64,000 bases of DNA from Bdellovibrionales bacterium. Its GTDB lineage: Bacteria > Bdellovibrionota > Bdellovibrionia > Bdellovibrionales > UBA1609. Below are positions 43,476 to 56,594 of this stretch, piece by piece. The stretch is taken from NCBI GenBank assembly GCA_965199825.1, contig OZ241329.1:928001-992000 (forward strand). The letters run 5' to 3'. Under the pieces are notes generated by a model. It was given only the letters and a program-made list of their open reading frames with translations, was not told the DNA's origin and ran no database searches. Made by a program: the position numbers and the translations under genes. Each line of letters begins with the position of its first letter. Position 1 is the first letter of the stretch.

Positions 43476-43614
43476 CAACGGCAACTGTAAGACGCTTTCG
43501 TCCTTTGGCTCGCCGACGCGAGAGGACGTCTTGACCGTCTTTCGTAGCCATACGGGCTCTAAATCCATGAGTACGCGCACGACGGCGCCGACTGGGTTGA
43601 TATGTTCTTTTCAT
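43465..43614 (-). CDS. rpmH: 50S ribosomal protein L34 (49 aa; absent from the ORF track)
   Basis: Translated by hand: [56 protein letters not shown]. Confidence 0.98.
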   Translation of the reverse strand: MKRTYQPSRRRRARTHGFRARMATKDGQDVLSRRRAKGRKRLTVAVGGK

Positions 43615-43736
43615 CGCTGCTCCTAAAAAAACTAGTACGAAAAATCGTATAAACCATGACGGCTAAAGCTACGTCAAGGTATTGAAACAATTCTAGCGGC
43701 ATGCTACCGACAAACCTCACCGCGCGGAGCCGACTC

Positions 43737-45149
43737 GTGAAAGATCAAATCAAGGACGAAAAAGCCGATTTCTGGAAACAGATAAAGAGCAATCTTAAGC
43801 AAAAAAACGTTCATAACAAGCCTTTACAGATGTGGTTTGAACCCACCGAGCTCATCAAAATTGATGAGCGCGCCACCGGTCATTGTTTTTTGCTGGGCGT
43901 CCCCACCGAACTTCATAAATATTGGATTGCCCAAAATTTGTTGGATCGGTTGTGTGCCGAAATCTCGGCGATTTACCAAAATCCATTTCAAATTGAGCTG
44001 GTTGTTACCGGAAAAGAAGATTCCTCGGTGCGTGAACCCGAAGGCGAACAGCTCATGCTTGAAGAGCAAAAACCCGCCCCACCACCGATTCAAGCTCCCA
44101 TTGTTTCGGGCCAACATCGTGATGTGGTCAATCCAGATTATGTCTTTTCAACCTTTGTTGTGGGACGTAACAATGAGTTTGCTCATGCCGCCTGCTTCAA
44201 TATTGCCGAGCATCCTGGGACCGAAAATTATAATCCTCTTTTTATATGTGGTCCTACCGGAATGGGTAAGACCCATTTGCTCAATGCGGTCGGCAACCAT
44301 ATTAAAAAAACTCATTCGAATTTGCGCATTTGCTATGTGTCGGCCGAGCGGTTCTTAAACGAATGCATCTCGAGCATTCGCCGTAATGAAATGGATAAGT
44401 TTCGCCAACGCTACCGTGAGCGCTGCGATATTTTACTGATGGATGATATCCAAATTTTGGGGCGTGGCGAAGCGGTTCAAGAAGAGTTTTTTCATACCCT
44501 TAATGACTTTTTTGAAAAAGGCCAACAAGTGGTGGTGGCCTCAGACCGGATGCCCAAAGACATCAAAGGATTAGAAGATCGGATTCGGACCCGCCTTGAA
44601 TGGGGGTTGATTGCCGATATCCAGATGCCCGATATCGAGACTCGCGTTGCGATCTTAAAGTATAAGGCCGAAAAAAAACTGATTCGCCTTCCCAACGAGG
44701 TCATCACCTTTATTGGCCGGATTTCTAAGCGATCGATCCGTGAACTTGAAGGCAACCTTAATAAGGTGAAAATGTTTTCGGAGCTTCAAGGGTTAGATAT
44801 CAGCCTCGAATTGGCCAAAAAAGTTTTGTCGACTCATGACGACACCACCAACATTTCGGTGGATGAAATTCAAAAAATTTGCGCCGATCATTTTAAAGTT
44901 CGATTGCCCGACATGAAAAGTAAGGCTCGTACCCGGCCTCTGGTGGTAGCGCGCCAGGTCGCTATGTTTTTAATCAAAAAACATCTCGATAAATCGTTGG
45001 TTGATATTGGTCGAGCTTTTGGGGGTAAAGATCACACAACGGTGATGAATGCACTGCGTCGCATTACTTATTCACAGCATGCCGACTTGGATTTAAAGCG
45101 TGATATTGAGGACTTAGAGAACAGAATCCACAATATCACAGGGGTGTGA
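43737..45149 (+). CDS. dnaA: Chromosomal replication initiator DnaA
   Basis: NPLFICGPTGMGKTHL, QEEFFHTLN, RELEG, IGRAFGGKDHTTV; GTG 43737 after GGAG (alternative ATG 43701). Confidence 0.98.
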   Translation: MKDQIKDEKADFWKQIKSNLKQKNVHNKPLQMWFEPTELIKIDERATGHCFLLGVPTELHKYWIAQNLLDRLCAEISAIYQNPFQIELVVTGKEDSSVREPEGEQLMLEEQKPAPPPIQAPIVSGQHRDVVNPDYVFSTFVVGRNNEFAHAACFNIAEHPGTENYNPLFICGPTGMGKTHLLNAVGNHIKKTHSNLRICYVSAERFLNECISSIRRNEMDKFRQRYRERCDILLMDDIQILGRGEAVQEEFFHTLNDFFEKGQQVVVASDRMPKDIKGLEDRIRTRLEWGLIADIQMPDIETRVAILKYKAEKKLIRLPNEVITFIGRISKRSIRELEGNLNKVKMFSELQGLDISLELAKKVLSTHDDTTNISVDEIQKICADHFKVRLPDMKSKARTRPLVVARQVAMFLIKKHLDKSLVDIGRAFGGKDHTTVMNALRRITYSQHADLDLKRDIEDLENRIHNITGV

Positions 45150-45345
45150 ATAACTGATGTGGATTGCGATGTGGATAACCCGTGGACAACTTTTCATAGA
45201 CTCACTTATCCACATTTCAAGATTGTTATTCGTATAGTTATCAAGATACTTATCCACATCGATAGGTGAAGAAAAACAGGGATTTAGATAGTTAATCGAC
45301 TTATACAGTCCCCTACTACTACTACTGTATTTTTATATTAAGAAG
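45145..45345. other. oriC: Replication origin oriC
   Basis: dnaA-dnaN intergenic; DnaA boxes at 45145 (TGTGAATAA), 45158, 45170 (TGTGGATAA), 45181, 45206 and 45250 (TTATCCACA); GC cluster, DnaA-trios TACTACTACTAC at 45314-45325, then an AT-rich tract. Confidence 0.93.
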
Positions 45346-45372
45346 AAAGTAGATAAGAGGAAAGGCAAAGAC

Positions 45373-46491
45373 ATGAAACTGACAATTGAAAAAAACGATC
45401 TCTTTTCTCTCGTGAGTCGTGCACAGAATATCATCGAGAAGCGCAACACCATGCCGATCCTTGTGAATGTTTTATTTGAAGCGGAAGGCTCGGCACTCAA
45501 AATTTTTGCAACCGATCTTGAAGTGAGCTTAACCGATCAATGCGCGGCTCGAGTTCATGAACCTGGTCGAGTTGCGGTGAATGCAAAAAGTCTTTTTGAA
45601 ATTGTAAAAGAACTTCCTGATGGAGCAATCCACTTAGAAAAAAAAGAAAACAATTGGCTCAAGCTCACCCAGCATCGATCGGTTTTTAATATTGTTGGAA
45701 TGAGCCCCGAAGAATATCCGGTGTTTCCAACATTCAACACACAAGAATTTATGCGGATTGAATCGGACGTGCTCAGCGAGATGATCGAAAAAACAATTTA
45801 CTCTGTTTCGAGTGATCACACCCGCTATCACCTCAACGGAGTTTTTTTTGAAAAACAAAAAGAAGGCGATCGTTCGGTCTATCGCATGGTCGCAACCGAC
45901 GGCCATCGCTTAAGCTTAGTTGATCGCAAAACCGAAGGACAGATTGGCAGCGGTGCAGATCAAGGTGTGATTATCCCTCGCAAAGGTCTCTATGAAATTC
46001 GAAAGTTGTTAGAAACAAGCGAAGGAAATGTGGAAATAGCTGTGGAAGGCTCGCAATTGATCGTGCGCAAAGAATCGTCTGTCCTGATGATTCGGTTGAT
46101 TGAAGGCAAGTATCCTAATTATCAACAGCTTATTCCACAAAATCTCAAAGAGTTGATTTCGGTGAATCGCGAGATTCTTCTGAGTTCGCTCAAACGCGTG
46201 TCGCTGTTGTCGAATCAAAAGTCCAAAGGTGTGACACTTGCGTTGAGCAATAACAAAATGGAAATCACCAGCAACAATCCCGAACTTGGCGATGCAAAAG
46301 AAGAGCTCGAAGTCGAGTACCGCGGTCGCGAAATGAAGATCGGCTTTAATGCGCGCTATATTCTCGATGTGCTCGGCAGCATGAAGGATGAGATGGTGCA
46401 AATTGAACTCAACGATCAGCTCTCACCCGGTTTGGTTCGACCACATAACGACAAGAGCTACACTTGCGTTGTTATGCCCATGCGCATCTAA
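45373..46491 (+). CDS. dnaN: DNA polymerase III beta clamp
   Basis: ATDLE, VATDGHRL, GKYPNYQQ, IGFNARY, VVMPMRI. Confidence 0.98.
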   Translation: MKLTIEKNDLFSLVSRAQNIIEKRNTMPILVNVLFEAEGSALKIFATDLEVSLTDQCAARVHEPGRVAVNAKSLFEIVKELPDGAIHLEKKENNWLKLTQHRSVFNIVGMSPEEYPVFPTFNTQEFMRIESDVLSEMIEKTIYSVSSDHTRYHLNGVFFEKQKEGDRSVYRMVATDGHRLSLVDRKTEGQIGSGADQGVIIPRKGLYEIRKLLETSEGNVEIAVEGSQLIVRKESSVLMIRLIEGKYPNYQQLIPQNLKELISVNREILLSSLKRVSLLSNQKSKGVTLALSNNKMEITSNNPELGDAKEELEVEYRGREMKIGFNARYILDVLGSMKDEMVQIELNDQLSPGLVRPHNDKSYTCVVMPMRI

Positions 46492-50053
<3,562 letters not shown>

Positions 50054-52522
50054 GTGAACACACCCGAAATTTCTCGAGTTACCGACGTCGATATCAATAA
50101 AGAAATGCGCGATGCTTATCTGCAATACTCAATGAGTGTGATTGTGGGACGCGCACTTCCAGATGTGCGAGATGGTTTAAAACCGGTGCATCGCAGAGTC
50201 TTATTTGCGATGAATGATCTCAATAACACCCACGATAAGCCTTATAAAAAATCGGCGCGTGTGGTTGGGGATGTGATCGGTAAATATCACCCGCATGGGG
50301 ATATGGCTGTATACGATACCATCGTTCGCATGGCTCAAGATTTTTCGTTGCGCTACCCGCTTGTGGATGGGCAAGGAAACTTTGGATCGATCGATGGCGA
50401 CTCACCTGCGGCACCTCGATATACCGAAATTCGCATGACCGAACTTGCCGAAGAACTGTTAGCGGATATCGAAAAAGACACGGTCCCCTTTGGTCCTAAC
50501 TACGATGACTCACTCTTAATTCCTTCGGTGCTTCCGGCAAAATTTCCTAATCTTCTTATTAACGGAAGTTCTGGAATTGCGGTGGGTATGGCCACCAATA
50601 TTCCACCCCATAATTTGGGCGAAATCATTGATGCCTGTATGGCCTTGATTGAAAATCCCGATATCACCTTGGACGAATTGATTCCGATGGTGCCCGGCCC
50701 CGATTTTCCCACTGCCGCTTTGATTGTGGGATCTGCCGGAATTCATTCGGCGTATCGCACAGGCCGCGGTGTGATCACCCTAAAAGCGGTGGCTGAGGTT
50801 GTTCCAAGAAAAGATCGCGAAGACATTATCGTTACCGAAATTCCTTATCAGGTAAACAAAGCTCGTTTGATCGAAAGCATTGCCGATCATGTTAAAGAAA
50901 AGCGCATCGAAGGCATCTCAGATATTCGCGATGAATCCTCACGCGAAGGTATGCGCATCGTTATTAATTTAAAGAAAAACGAAAATGCTCAAGTCGTCTT
51001 GAATCGGCTGTTTAAATTTACCCAAATGCAGGTGAGCTACGGCATTATTATGCTTGCTCTGGATGCGCGAACACAGCCGGTTGTTTTTAATCTGAAGCAA
51101 ATGCTTGAGGCGTTTTTAGAGCATCGTAAAGATGTGGTGACCAAACGCTGTATTTTTGATCTTAAAAAAGCCGAAGCCCGTGCTCATATCTTGGATGGAT
51201 TAAGTAAAGCTCTTGATCAAATCGATTTAATTATTGCAGCGATTCGGGCTTCAAAAGAAGCCGAGATTGCAAGGCAAGCCCTGATCAATCAGTTTCATTT
51301 TTCAGAACGTCAAGCCCAAGCCATTCTAGAAATGCGTTTACAAAGATTAACCGGGCTTGAGCGCCAAAAAATTCTTGATGAGCTGACCGAGGTCAATGCT
51401 TCGATCGCGTGGCTCAGAAAAGTTTTGGGCGACGTTAAAGAAATTTTTAAAATCATTGTTACTGAATTGACTGATATTCGAGCTAAATATTCCAATCCCC
51501 GTCGCACAAAAATCGAAGTTTCTGAAGGCGACATGGATGATGAAGACCTAATTGCCGATGTGCCGGTGGTGGTCACCATGACCGAAAGTGGTTACATCAA
51601 GCGATTCGATTCCTCGGAATATCGCCTTCAAAAACGGGGTGGTGTGGGCCTTAAAGGTGGCGAAACCAAAGAAGAAGATTCTTACATTCGAGTTTTTTCA
51701 ACCACAACCAAAACCTCACTCTTGATATTTTCGGATCGTGGAAAATTGTATTGGCTCAAAGTGTTTCGACTTCCAATCGGATCACGAACCTCGCGTGGAA
51801 AAGCAATCAGCGGAGTGGTTCCCCTTTCACAAGGCGAAACCGTACGAGCCATTTTGCCGATTCAAGAATTTATCCCAACAAATTACATTGTGATGCTGAC
51901 CGAAAAAGGTGTGATCAAAAAAACTTCGCTCGCCGCGTTTGCGCGACAGTGGACTAAGGGTCTCCTTGCTCTTCAAACAGATCTTGATGACAAGATGAAA
52001 GAGGCGCGCATCAGCAACGGATCCAATCATATTTTGATTATGACTGCTGAAGGAATGGTGATCCGATTTGACGAATCAGGAGTTCGACCAATGGGCCGTG
52101 GAGCTCGCGGTGTGCGAGGAATTATGATGGGCCCCGAAGACCGTGTTGTGGGAATGGAACTGATCGAAAAGGATTCGAAGCAAAATATTTTGCTGCTCAC
52201 CTCGAAAGGTTATGCCAAACGGGTGTCGGTTGAGGATTTTAGAATTCAAAGTCGAGCGGGTGCGGGATTAATGACTCAGAAGCATCAGGACAAAGTGGGC
52301 AATGTGGTTGCCGCTCTGATTGTGAAGGATGAAGATCAGGCGCTTGTCACTACGGCGAGCGGTCAGGCCATTCGGTTTAATTGCTCCGAAGTTCGACAAT
52401 TATCTCGAGCTGCGGCGGGAGTGCGAATCATTAATCTAAAAGAAAACGATTCGGTTTCGAGTCTTGCCCTTTTGGATAATGACGGCACAGATGTTTTACC
52501 AGTTGAACCGCCACTTCAATAA
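50054..52522 (+). CDS. gyrA: DNA gyrase subunit A
   Basis: DGLKPVHRR, YHPHGD, RYTE, GyrA-box QKRGGVG. Confidence 0.98.
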   Translation: MNTPEISRVTDVDINKEMRDAYLQYSMSVIVGRALPDVRDGLKPVHRRVLFAMNDLNNTHDKPYKKSARVVGDVIGKYHPHGDMAVYDTIVRMAQDFSLRYPLVDGQGNFGSIDGDSPAAPRYTEIRMTELAEELLADIEKDTVPFGPNYDDSLLIPSVLPAKFPNLLINGSSGIAVGMATNIPPHNLGEIIDACMALIENPDITLDELIPMVPGPDFPTAALIVGSAGIHSAYRTGRGVITLKAVAEVVPRKDREDIIVTEIPYQVNKARLIESIADHVKEKRIEGISDIRDESSREGMRIVINLKKNENAQVVLNRLFKFTQMQVSYGIIMLALDARTQPVVFNLKQMLEAFLEHRKDVVTKRCIFDLKKAEARAHILDGLSKALDQIDLIIAAIRASKEAEIARQALINQFHFSERQAQAILEMRLQRLTGLERQKILDELTEVNASIAWLRKVLGDVKEIFKIIVTELTDIRAKYSNPRRTKIEVSEGDMDDEDLIADVPVVVTMTESGYIKRFDSSEYRLQKRGGVGLKGGETKEEDSYIRVFSTTTKTSLLIFSDRGKLYWLKVFRLPIGSRTSRGKAISGVVPLSQGETVRAILPIQEFIPTNYIVMLTEKGVIKKTSLAAFARQWTKGLLALQTDLDDKMKEARISNGSNHILIMTAEGMVIRFDESGVRPMGRGARGVRGIMMGPEDRVVGMELIEKDSKQNILLLTSKGYAKRVSVEDFRIQSRAGAGLMTQKHQDKVGNVVAALIVKDEDQALVTTASGQAIRFNCSEVRQLSRAAAGVRIINLKENDSVSSLALLDNDGTDVLPVEPPLQ

Positions 52523-53297
52523 GGTTTTTATTCTGCTCGCTTTGTCGGGATGCTTTAATCGTCTCGAACTTAAGCGTGGAATTGCGGCCTTGAATCATGG
52601 TCAACTGAGCGAAGGCTTTGCCGATCTCGAGCGAGTGATAAAAAAAAATCCTGAATCTCAAAATGCTTTGATCGCGGCACGCACGGGCTCGCGAGTGGCA
52701 TTATTAGAGGCCAAAAATTATAACCAAGCTCTTTATTTTTATCGCCATCTGGTGCTTTACGCTCCCGATGAGAGCGAGCGACTCCAAGCCGAAGCACAAG
52801 TGGCACACATCGAATTTGAAGACCTCACCCACTACGATGTGGCCATTGCCGAGTACAGCAAACTTTTGCAACTCAAACACACCGATGAAGAGGGTTTTGA
52901 ATATCAATTCAATGTGGCCAAGGCTTATTTTCAGCTCAACAACTTTTATCAGTCGGGTGTTGAGATCGATGAGCTGCTGCAGCGAAAATTAAACGAAGAT
53001 CAAAAATTTGAAGTCCTTTTATTTAAAGCCAACCTAAATTTGACCGAAAAAAAACTCGAGCCGGCTCTAAAAGTTTACAACTCACTTCTTGCCGATTACC
53101 CCGAGCGGGCAAAAAAAGAGAATGTTCCGCTTGCCCTATCGGTTTGTTACGAAGAAAAGGGTGATTTTTTAAAGGCAATCAAGATCTTAAATGAACTTAA
53201 ATCGAGCTACCCTTCACCCGATTTTCTCGAGGTCAAAATCAAGCGCTTAGAAATTCGAGCCGCCAATTTGCCAGGAGCCGAAGGCCTCAAGAAGTGA
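52491..53297 (+). CDS. Tetratricopeptide-repeat lipoprotein
   Basis: LLALSGC lipobox, TPR-like helical repeats; start uncertain. Confidence 0.8.
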   Translation: MFYQLNRHFNKVFILLALSGCFNRLELKRGIAALNHGQLSEGFADLERVIKKNPESQNALIAARTGSRVALLEAKNYNQALYFYRHLVLYAPDESERLQAEAQVAHIEFEDLTHYDVAIAEYSKLLQLKHTDEEGFEYQFNVAKAYFQLNNFYQSGVEIDELLQRKLNEDQKFEVLLFKANLNLTEKKLEPALKVYNSLLADYPERAKKENVPLALSVCYEEKGDFLKAIKILNELKSSYPSPDFLEVKIKRLEIRAANLPGAEGLKK

Positions 53298-53491
53298 AAA
53301 CCGGCTTTATGTTTATGGGTATGGGATTTGAGCTGGTTGGGATCGTTCTCGCTTCTCTTTATTTTGGTGGCGTGATAGATCGAGCCTTCAGCCTTAACGG
53401 CTATGGAGTGGCAATTGTGCTGCTGCCCGGAACCGCTGGCTGGATCGCCCATATGATTTTTATGCTTATCAAAATGCAAAGACAAAAATGA
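53294..53491 (+). CDS. AtpZ/AtpI (ATPase gene 1) family protein
   Basis: MGFEL.......YFGGVIDR.F two-TM pattern upstream of atpB. Confidence 0.8.
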   Translation: MKTGFMFMGMGFELVGIVLASLYFGGVIDRAFSLNGYGVAIVLLPGTAGWIAHMIFMLIKMQRQK

Positions 53492-53835
53492 TTCGGATTG
53501 CCCTGATCTCCCAAGTTTTCTTTTTGATTCTTGGCCAGATTATTTTAACTGGACCAGAACTTTTTTCTTATTCCTGTGGAGTAGGTCTGATTACCCTCCA
53601 GATCGTCGCGATGATTTGGGCTTGGCACCAGATCCTATTTAAAAAATCCGTTGCCCTTGCCGGAAGTGTCATTGTAATCAAATATGCGGTTTTGTTTGTT
53701 TTGACTTACAAACTTATTGTCGGTCATGTGGTTGAACCCCTCTACTTTTTAATTGGAAGCGCGACAATCTTGCCGACAGTTCTGCTTTTTGGTTTCGTTC
53801 ATCGCAATAAGGTTTTAAATCATGGCGCACTTTAA
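53488..53835 (+). CDS. atpI: ATP synthase subunit I-like membrane protein
   Basis: Four hydrophobic segments; lies directly before atpB. Confidence 0.65.
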   Translation: MIRIALISQVFFLILGQIILTGPELFSYSCGVGLITLQIVAMIWAWHQILFKKSVALAGSVIVIKYAVLFVLTYKLIVGHVVEPLYFLIGSATILPTVLLFGFVHRNKVLNHGAL

Positions 53836-54511
53836 TTGGACTCAGCTCATTCCCGGAGTGGCTCACTCACAAATTCATATCGCCACTTTGCTTGTGGCCG
53901 CTGGACTTTTATTTTTAATCGCCTTTATTGGCCGAGTCGCCTTGGGAACAGGCGAAAATTCGATCACTCCCGCATCGAAATTTGGAGTTCGTGCAATATT
54001 TGAGACCATCACCGAGTTTATTGTTGGTTTGATCGACATGGTCGTTGGTGAGCATGGACGAAGGCTCACTCCACTGTTTGCCACATTGTTCTTTTATGTT
54101 TGGATCAATAATCTTTTGGGATTGGTTCCGGGAATGACTCCGGCCACCGATAATCTTAACACCACAATTGCTATCGGTATTTTTACTTTTTTAGCCTACA
54201 ACTATCTAGGACTCAAAGAACACGGGATCAAATATCTTAAACATTTTTTAGGCCCAGTGATTTACATGGCGCCCTTAATGCTTTTGATAGAATTGGTTTC
54301 GCATATTATTCGTCCTTTTAGTTTGGGTCTTCGCCTCCAAGGCAATATGGTAGGCGATCATACGGTACTCTCGATCTTTTTAGATCTTGCGCCTTATGGA
54401 GTGCCAGTTCTTTTTTATGGATTGGGAATATTTGTAAGTACCATGCAAGCCTTCGTCTTTACGATGCTCAGTATGATTTACGTCTCAATGGCAGTTGCAC
54501 ACGATCACTAA
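53822..54511 (+). CDS. atpB: ATP synthase F0 subunit a
   Basis: NNLLGLVPG, RPFSLGLRLQGNM, QAFVFTMLS. Confidence 0.97.
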   Translation: MAHFNWTQLIPGVAHSQIHIATLLVAAGLLFLIAFIGRVALGTGENSITPASKFGVRAIFETITEFIVGLIDMVVGEHGRRLTPLFATLFFYVWINNLLGLVPGMTPATDNLNTTIAIGIFTFLAYNYLGLKEHGIKYLKHFLGPVIYMAPLMLLIELVSHIIRPFSLGLRLQGNMVGDHTVLSIFLDLAPYGVPVLFYGLGIFVSTMQAFVFTMLSMIYVSMAVAHDH

Positions 54512-54539
54512 TGTTCATTTAAAAATAAGGGAGAATCAG

Positions 54540-54845
54540 ATGAAGAAAGCAATGTTATTAACACTATTATCCACACCTGCATTTGCGCAAGAAGCTGTAC
54601 ACTACGCCGGCGGAATGAGCGACAAAGCGTGCTATGCACTCGCAGCAGCAATCGCAATTGGTATTGCAGCACTTGGCGGAGCATTAGCTCAAGGCCGTAT
54701 CGGTGCCACAGCTATGGAAGGGATTGCTCGTAATCCTCAAGCTCAACAAAATATGTTTGTATCGATGATCATCGGACTCGTATTGATCGAATCCCTTGTT
54801 ATTTATTCGCTTGTTATTGCGTTTATGCTCGTAGGCAAAATTTAG
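54540..54845 (+). CDS. atpE: ATP synthase F0 subunit c with N-terminal leader
   Basis: GIARNP, LIESLVIY; SD GGAG. Confidence 0.97.
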   Translation: MKKAMLLTLLSTPAFAQEAVHYAGGMSDKACYALAAAIAIGIAALGGALAQGRIGATAMEGIARNPQAQQNMFVSMIIGLVLIESLVIYSLVIAFMLVGKI

Positions 54846-54854
54846 TAAATAACA

Positions 54855-55398
54855 GTCCTAGAAGCTCGGACATGCGTTTGTCACACTTTTGCATACGCAA
54901 AAATGCGCCAAGCCGAACTCGCTTCTAGGACAGTCATTTCCTTTACGTTTTCGGAATTCCTTTATTCAATTTATTTTGGTGGTCTTGGCGACAACGGGTT
55001 TAACGAGCTCAAACATGCGTTTGTCACGACTTTGCGTTCGCAAAGTCGCGCCAAGCCGAACTCGCTTTTCGGAATCATTACGATCTTAAACTTTTTTAAC
55101 ATCGTGTATTCAAGTTTACCTCTAATACCCACCGCGATCTTGATTTTTAGAAGCTCAAACATACGTTTGTCACACTTTCGCATTCGCAAAAGTGCGCCAA
55201 ACCGAACTCGTTTCTAGGACAGTCATTTCCTTTACGTTTTCGGAAAATTCTGTATTCAAATTTATTTCTAGTTTTCTTGGCGAACATTAATCCTGGTAGC
55301 TTGGACAGTGGGCCGTAGCGATTCCGAAAAGTTCAAACATACGTTTGTCACGCCTTTGCGTCAGCAAAGTCGCGCCAAGCCGAACTCGCTTTTCGGAA
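54855..55398. repeat. Four copies of a ~60-bp-core hairpin repeat (54855-54931, ~55007-55074, ~55145-55220, 55322-55398)
   Basis: Shared core GYTCRRACATRCGTTTGTCAC-[stem-loop]-GCGCCAARCCGAACTCG. Confidence 0.9.
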
Positions 55399-55436
55399 AC
55401 GTTCCAGCTAACCCTTTTTTAGCCTGCTATTATTTA

Positions 55437-56405
55437 TTATTCTTGAGCTTGGGGCGTTTGAGCTATTGGTTCAAATCGTTTGGTAAATTCTTCGCTTAAA
55501 TCTTTTGTTTTGAAATAGCCTTTATTTAAAATAAGTATTTTTTGCGTGGATGAATCGCGTTCAACAGCTTCGCGGATTAACCTTAAAGTTTGTTTAAAAC
55601 GAAGAACCTCCGCAGCCACATCAACATTTAACCCTCGGTGAAAGAGATGTGGAAGCAAAAGTGTTAAATTTGACCTCAACCAAAAAATTTGAAAAAAAAT
55701 TTCTCCAGCTGCTGCAGCCCCAAGATAAATGAGCGTAATCTTTGTCACATCAGAGAAAAAAATATTTGCGACAAATACAACTGAAAGTGGAAAACAATTG
55801 TAAATACCTTGTGCAATTTGTGATGCCTGAAAGAGTAACCTTTTATTAATTGAAAAATCAGGATGGAAATAAACAAAATTTCCATGTTCTGCAATGCTCA
55901 ACAGATCTTTGAACTCTGAGGCTGTCAACTCGGCTTTTCCAATTTTTAAACTAGAATTATCTGAAACGGCACCCGATGGGAGGCGGTCAGAGATACTTAA
56001 AATTTGAGCCTCTGTCAAAAACCCTTGTTGTAATTCTATGTCGTTAACATTGTAGATTGGTTTCCGTTTAATGAAATTCTTCATGTCTTGAGTCAGGAAT
56101 GGATTAAATTTATCCATGAAGTTGCTTACTAATTTAGTCAGGGGATCAGAAAATTTTGAGGGCACTGAATCAGGTAATGTAACTTGAATCGTATAATGGT
56201 GATCTTGTTGAGCTCTAAAATTCAAAAGGTCTTCATCGTTCCGAATCGTCACAATATCCACCTCGACGGCTCGATCTGAAATTTTCAAAATCTGTTTACA
56301 GATATCGATTGGAGAGGCTGTTGCGATTGCGCTTTGAAAAATCAGAAAAATATACAAAATCTGAATTGAAATTATTGTAACTAAATTTTTATAATCGACT
56401 TTCAT
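55437..56405 (-). CDS. AT-rich hypothetical protein with signal peptide and two TM segments
   Basis: 322-aa ORF with SD AAGGAG; no family recognised. Confidence 0.7.
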   Translation of the reverse strand: MKVDYKNLVTIISIQILYIFLIFQSAIATASPIDICKQILKISDRAVEVDIVTIRNDEDLLNFRAQQDHHYTIQVTLPDSVPSKFSDPLTKLVSNFMDKFNPFLTQDMKNFIKRKPIYNVNDIELQQGFLTEAQILSISDRLPSGAVSDNSSLKIGKAELTASEFKDLLSIAEHGNFVYFHPDFSINKRLLFQASQIAQGIYNCFPLSVVFVANIFFSDVTKITLIYLGAAAAGEIFFQIFWLRSNLTLLLPHLFHRGLNVDVAAEVLRFKQTLRLIREAVERDSSTQKILILNKGYFKTKDLSEEFTKRFEPIAQTPQAQE

Positions 56406-56490
56406 CGGGTTAGGCTCCTTAAGAAGTCGTTATGCAACTTCTAGGCCCTAAGCATATCAATCAATATCGGATAGATTAGAAAAATTGAGG

Positions 56491-56594
56491 TTAAGATTCG
56501 CCTCAGATAAAAACGAGTTCGGCTTGGCGCGACTTTGCGGATGTAAAGGCGTGACAAACGCATGTCTGAGCTTTTTATCTGAGGCGTATCTTAA
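56491..56594 (-). repeat. Fifth, inverted copy of the hairpin repeat with 23-bp terminal inverted arms
   Basis: TTAAGATTCGCCTCAGATAAAAA...TTTTTATCTGAGGCGTATCTTAA enclosing the reverse-complemented core. Confidence 0.9.

Noticed and set aside
54855..55398. CRISPR array or integron attC array
   Set aside because: Repeats are ~60-80 bp and divergent, spacing is irregular, spacers 1 and 3 are related, there are no RYYYAAC/GTTRRRY ends, and no cas or intI genes
54889..55499. Short ORFs over the hairpin repeats, and 56485-56730
   Set aside because: Translations of the repeat with no recognisable protein features
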